Source: Gammaproteobacteria bacterium (GTDB lineage: Bacteria; Pseudomonadota; Gammaproteobacteria; Competibacterales; Competibacteraceae). From it: a stretch of DNA of 64,000 nucleotides. A model generated the notes under the pieces. The model searched no databases. It saw nothing but the letters and a program-made list of their open reading frames with translations, and was not told the DNA's origin. The stretch spans positions 304,975-368,974 of the forward strand of contig JACKMZ010000002.1 of assembly GCA_024235135.1 (NCBI GenBank), given 5' to 3'. The position numbers and the translations under genes were made by a program. Each line of letters opens with the position of its first letter. Positions within the stretch are counted from its first letter, which is position 1. Of this stretch, positions 63,901-64,000 are shown piece by piece.

Positions 63901-64000
63901 GTCGCGGCGTAGAGTGGCTTGCAGGCTGATGGATTCATCGTCGGCCGGGTTGCCGGTGGCGCTTTCCTTGAAAACGAAGCGGATGTTGTCGAAGCTGATT

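Noticed and set aside
1-64000. CRISPR arrays, rRNA, IS elements or transposases
   Set aside because: I found no short regularly spaced repeats, no rRNA-like segments, and no transposase- or integrase-like ORFs anywhere in the window.

Overview
This 64 kb window is a GC-rich proteobacterial chromosomal segment that is mostly housekeeping genes. Read on the minus strand, it carries a conserved lptC-lptA-lptB-rpoN-hpf-ptsN-hprK-rapZ-npr-EI(ptsI-like) cluster, together with kdsC, mgtE, moaDE, gcvTH, tpx, dgkA, metH, alr, a pyruvate kinase, an RND efflux pair, a NfeD-stomatin operon and a large PAS-GGDEF-EAL sensor. Two regions stand out.

(1) At about 18.9-23.4 kb, a roughly 4.45 kb insertion carries a two-gene AAA-ATPase plus cytoplasmic subtilase (S8) module. 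As I recall it, this matches the IetA/IetS defence pair described by Gao et al. 2020. The insertion sits in the 3' end of an ADP-ribosylglycohydrolase gene and is bounded by an imperfect ~65 bp direct repeat that re-creates that gene's last ~20 codons. The subtilase gene has a single in-frame TGA between its catalytic Asp/His and Asn/Ser. A RelE/ParE-like toxin remnant follows it. No integrase is present.

(2) The first ~4.8 kb is visibly lower in GC. It holds same-strand, cassette-like genes: a SAM methyltransferase, three hypothetical or secreted proteins and a VOC/glyoxalase-family enzyme. They are separated by 2.5 copies of a ~65 bp imperfect-palindromic repeat.

Other points worth a second look are a MoxR-VWA-HugZ-like cluster, a pyruvate kinase with a long N-terminal extension, a ~570 bp GC-rich non-coding stretch upstream of a second SPFH gene, and an ~800 bp ORF-poor gap ending in a strong intrinsic terminator. 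No rRNA, tRNA or CRISPR array was recognised. Many long antisense or off-frame ORFs in the six-frame track are GC-rich artefacts.
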